Part shown: positions 60,476 to 64,000 of the stretch, in pieces | How positions within the stretch are numbered: the first letter of the stretch is position 1 | How the letters are laid out: each line of letters begins with the position of its first letter | DNA from: Candidatus Thorarchaeota archaeon | Lineage (GTDB): Archaea; Asgardarchaeota; Thorarchaeia; Thorarchaeales; Thorarchaeaceae | Assembly (NCBI GenBank): GCA_046482545.1 | Contig: JAWOEX010000045.1 | Location: 20,069-84,068 of the forward strand | Reading direction: 5' to 3' | DNA: 64,000 nucleotides | Notes under the pieces: model-generated | Database searches by the model: none | What the model was told of the DNA's origin: nothing | Seen by the model: only the letters and a program-made list of their open reading frames with translations | Position numbers and translations under genes: made by a program

Positions 60476-63068
60476 CGGTTATATGATTAGGACTGCAATT
60501 CGTTGTACGGTTGTTGGTGGATGACTCGGTTGACATGCCGAAGAAGGACGCGACAAGCGGCGATATGCCGTGGGTAGGCGCATGAAGCCATTGATCCACG
60601 GGATTCCGAATAGGACCTCTGAGCACGGGCTATTACCTCGTGCTATTCCCGAGTCATTTCGGGAAGGGGAACGCTCAGAACTGAAACATCTTAGTATGAG
60701 CAGGAGTAGAAAACAAGTCGTGATTCCCTTAGTAACAGCGAGCGAAAAGGGAAAAGGCCAAACTGAACCCCATCACGAAGAGTGCTGGGGGATGTGGTGT
60801 ACGGGCCACGGACAAGTGCCTCAACGTTGAAATCAAAGTCGTCTGGAACGACGCGGCAGAGAGGGTGACACCCCCGTAGGTGTAAGACGTTGGCATGTCT
60901 GTGAGTCCCAGAGTAGCATGGGTCAGTTGTCTCGTGTGAATATCGCAGGTACAATCTGCGAAGCCTAAATACTATGTCAAACCGATAGCAGACTAGTAGC
61001 GCGAGCGAAAGTTGAAAAGTACCGCGGAAGCGGGGTGAAAAGTACCTGAAACCAGCAATCTAATCAAAGGATGCTGATTAAAAGAGGAGATACTCAGGGA
61101 ACGAATCAGGAGAGATCCTGTACTAGGACCTGAGTGGATCGAATCAGCATCATCCGTCTTGAACCACGGACCAGGGAGTTCATAGAAGTGGCGAGGATAA
61201 GGTGTAACAGCCGTAAACGAAGGGAAACCAACATGCCCGCAGCCGGGCAATCCGGTGAGGGGCGACGTCTACAAGGGCGTGTAGTCACAGCTATGACACG
61301 AGAAACCAGTCGATCTAGGCTTGGTCAGGGTGAAGCCGGGCGAAAGCTCGGTGGAGGCCCGATAGGGTTCTGATATACAAATCGTTCCGTTGAACTGGGC
61401 CTAGGGGTAAAAGGCTTATCTAGACTGGTGATAGCTCGTTCTCCGCGAAGTTGGTCGCAGCCAAGCTCTGCCTGAGATATCATGTGGTGTAGAGCACTTT
61501 CGGACGACTCGGGATCCCTTACGGGATTTCACCGTCCTGAAAACTCCGAAGTTGCATGAATCGTAGATGGCAGGAGAAGGGTACCCGGGGTAAGCCCGGC
61601 AGGCCGAGATGGGGAGAACCGAGAGTGTGGTTAAGGTCCCTAAGTGCCAGATAAGTGCGATAATGAAGGGCGTCGAGAGCCCAAGACAGTCTGGGGGTGA
61701 GCTTAGAGGCAGCTATCCCCGAACGAAAGCGTAACAGCTCACAGACCGAGGCTCTTGGCCTCTAAAATGGACGGGGCTAAATCTGGCCACCGAGACCATA
61801 CCGCACGCGGGTAACACTGCGTGATCGGGTAGCGGAGCGACCTGATGGGATAGAAGTAGGGCCGTGAGGTCCTGTGGACCCGTCAGTTTTGATCATCCTG
61901 GTAGTAGTAACAGCGAAGCATGGTGAGAATCCATGCCACCGAAAGGGAAAGGGTTCTTCGGCAATGCGTCGTCAGCCGAAGCTTAGTCGGTTCTAAGTGG
62001 CATCGTAATTCGCGTGTCACGAAAGAGAATCAGGTTAATATTCCTGAACCTCGGAAGTACTCTACGCGGTAACGCTAAGCCGGACTTGTAACTCATCCGG
62101 ATATGCCAAATACAGCCTTCGCTGTATTTAACAAGATAATCCTGCCGAGTACCGTAATGGTGAGACGTAGGAGAAACTTGGAATAGCGGGTGGTTGATCA
62201 TCCGTTTGGCCTATTCCCGGTGACCTTGAAAAACGAGTCCGGAAGAATCTTCCGAGTCCGTACCCAGATCTGACACAGGTTCCCTGGCTGAGAAAGCCAA
62301 GGTGTATCCAGTTCACTCCAGTTGAGGGAAATCGGCCAATTAGCAGCGTAACTTCGGGATATGCTGTGCCTAGGTTGGTTCACGCCTTCCCAGGTCTTTT
62401 GTTACTAGGGGGTCCCAACTGTTTAATAAAAACATAGCTGACTGCGAGCGCGTAAGCGTTAGTACAGTCAGTGACTCCTGGTCTGTGCCCGTATGTTAAA
62501 GCTCCGGAAGGGGTCCAAGCACGGGTCAACGCCGGGACTAACTATGAGTCTCTTAAGGTAGCCATACGCCTTGTCGGTTAAATGCCGACGTGCATGAAGG
62601 GATTAATGAGGGCCCCACTGTCCCCAACTGGAACTGGGTGAACCTACACCGTACCGAATAGTGTACGTAGCGCCAATGGGAAGAGAAGTCCCTGCGGAGG
62701 TTTACTACGCAGCCTGTTATTGCCATCTTTGCCTTCGTGCAAAGCGTAGTCAGGAGCGTTGAACCCCAACTCCTGGGTTGGGAGGATGCGACCATGTAAC
62801 ACTGACCACGTAGACGAGGGTGGCTAACCTAGGCCCAGTGTGCCTAGGGACACTTTCAGGTAGGCAGTTGGGCTGGGGCGGCACGCGGCTGACATCAGAT
62901 CAGCCGCGACCAATGCTGAGCTCAGAGGCGACGGAAACGCCTCGTTGAGATTAAGGGCATAAGCTCGGCTGATGGGATCCCGCCACGCAAAGGATCCCGG
63001 GGCGAAAGCCTGGCCTATCGAACTTCCTTATAGCCAATTGTAAGTGCAGGAAATGACAAAAAACTTAC

Positions 63069-63100
63069 GGGTCTTCAGAGTCATTCTGAAGGCCGAGGAA
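63069..63100 (+). other. 32-nt archaeal BHB intron after the position equivalent to E. coli C2440
   Basis: Interrupts CTTAC|CCCAGG; 10-bp hairpin GGTCTTCAGA/TCTGAAGGCC; bulges AC^G and AA^C. Confidence 0.85.
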
Positions 63101-63110
63101 CCCAGGGGTA

Positions 63111-63296
63111 TGTAACCCCGGTATTGTCATTCCGAGTCGCTTCAAGGCTGTGACTTCTCTCATCTACGTAAGAATTGATTTGAGATTATAGTCTTGAGTC
63201 GATTCGGGATACTGTACTGGCAGGCTGACGGAGCTGGTAAGTTATAGCAAGTTACAACTGGCTCCGAAGCTTGAGATTCGTTCTAGTTACTCCCAT
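63111..63296 (+). other. 186-nt ORF-less archaeal BHB intron between the equivalents of A2450 and A2451
   Basis: Interrupts GGGGTA|ACAGAG; GTAAC/GTTAC stem, GGGG/TCCC central helix, bulges TA^T and AT^A. Confidence 0.88.
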
Positions 63297-63809
63297 ACAG
63301 AGTTGTCGCGGGCAAGAGTTCATATCGACCCCGCGGCTTGCTTCCTCGATGTCGGCTCTTGGTATCCTCGGGTTGCATAAGACCCGAAGGGTGCGGGTGC
63401 TCACCGATTAAAACCGATCGTGAGCTGGGTTTAGACCGTTGCGAGACAGGTCGGTTTCTATCTATTGGCGCTGTTGGATGTTTGATGGCAAGATAATGTT
63501 GGTACGAGAGGAACGCATTGTCGCAGCCTATGGTGTACCCATTGTCCGGAAGGGCAGCGTGGGGTAGCTAAGCTGCAATGGATAACAGCTGAATGCATCT
63601 AAGCTGGAAGCCACACCAAAAAAGAAACATCCACTTACTAGACAATTGCTGCAAAGCAGCGTGGCACTGGTGACAGTGACGCGTGTCTGGAAACGAGGAC
63701 TCTCGTAGAAGACGAGGTTAATAGGGCGGGGGTGTAAGCACCGAGCTCCGGCGAGGTGTTCAGCTCACCGCTACTAATGTCCGAGGCGAGCAGACCGAAA
63801 ATATAGCTC

Positions 63810-63871
63810 GTGCAACACCTAGAGTTGTCAAGATTTGGGTCAGACCTCAGTAAAGCAGTACCTCCATCCTC
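63810..63871 (+). other. 3' arm of the pre-23S processing stem
   Basis: Complementary to 60419-60475. Confidence 0.85.
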
Positions 63872-64000
63872 AGCATGTATTTTATTTCAGTAGAGTTGTT
63901 TTTGAAAAGAGCTGATTTTCCGTGTAGCCCCCTGCATTCTATACTTGCTTCTACTTCCTCTGGAAATCAAATCCTAGAGCAAGTAAGTCAAGGCGCTCGA

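Larger units (their letters stand above)
60505..63800 (+). rRNA. rrl: Archaeal 23S rRNA gene (stand-alone), with two introns
   Basis: GGTGGATG..CCGAAGAAGGACG, GAACTGAAACATCTTAGTA, CCGTCTTGAA, CTCTTAAGGTAGC, CCTCGATGTCGGCTC, GAGCTGGGTTTAGACCG, GTACGAGAGGAAC; ends approximate. Confidence 0.98.

Noticed and set aside
60225-62795. ORFs within the rRNA leader and 23S gene
   Set aside because: Shadow ORFs inside rRNA.
63111-63296. Homing endonuclease in intron 2
   Set aside because: 186 nt, hairpin-rich, no LAGLIDADG motif or adequate ORF.
1-64000. CRISPR array, tRNA genes, intact transposase or integrase
   Set aside because: No regularly spaced repeats, cloverleaf/T-loop signatures or transposase motifs were noticed on manual reading.

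Overview
Archaeal chromosomal window, most likely from an Asgard archaeon. This is an inference from the archaeal 23S rRNA with an enlarged ES39, an Arf-like GTPase remnant, HEAT/WD40 proteins and multi-HTH Lrp-like proteins. Coding content: a VapBC pair; an ~11-kb corrinoid methyltransferase cluster (non-pyrrolysine MttB family, corrinoid protein, APC permease, MtaA-like, RamA/RACE-like); an iron/metal/oxidative-stress set (rubrerythrin, FTR1, ArsR + P1B-ATPase, ferritin-like proteins, superoxide reductase, SufCB); transketolase, endonuclease III, LLM/F420 oxidoreductases, GNATs and a bacterial-type RNase PH; and a stand-alone 23S rRNA gene. The most striking signals are non-coding. (1) A dispersed family of ~490-nt, ORF-less, highly structured RNA-like elements occurs in three diverged copies (58740-59233 +, 45665-46153 -, and 5'-truncated 13072-13381 -). 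They show clear compensatory base changes, conserved GNRA loops and a common GGTTAT 3' end; the truncated copy lies between 9-bp direct repeats, fused to an mttB remnant. (2) Two bulge-helix-bulge introns (32 and 186 nt) separated by a 10-nt mini-exon interrupt the peptidyl-transferase centre of the 23S rRNA. Also notable: a threonine-synthase homologue lacking its PLP lysine, fused to a PadR-type HTH and divergent from an ECF S-component, and a possible RuvC-less TnpB-like protein. All calls are from reading the sequence; no searches were run.
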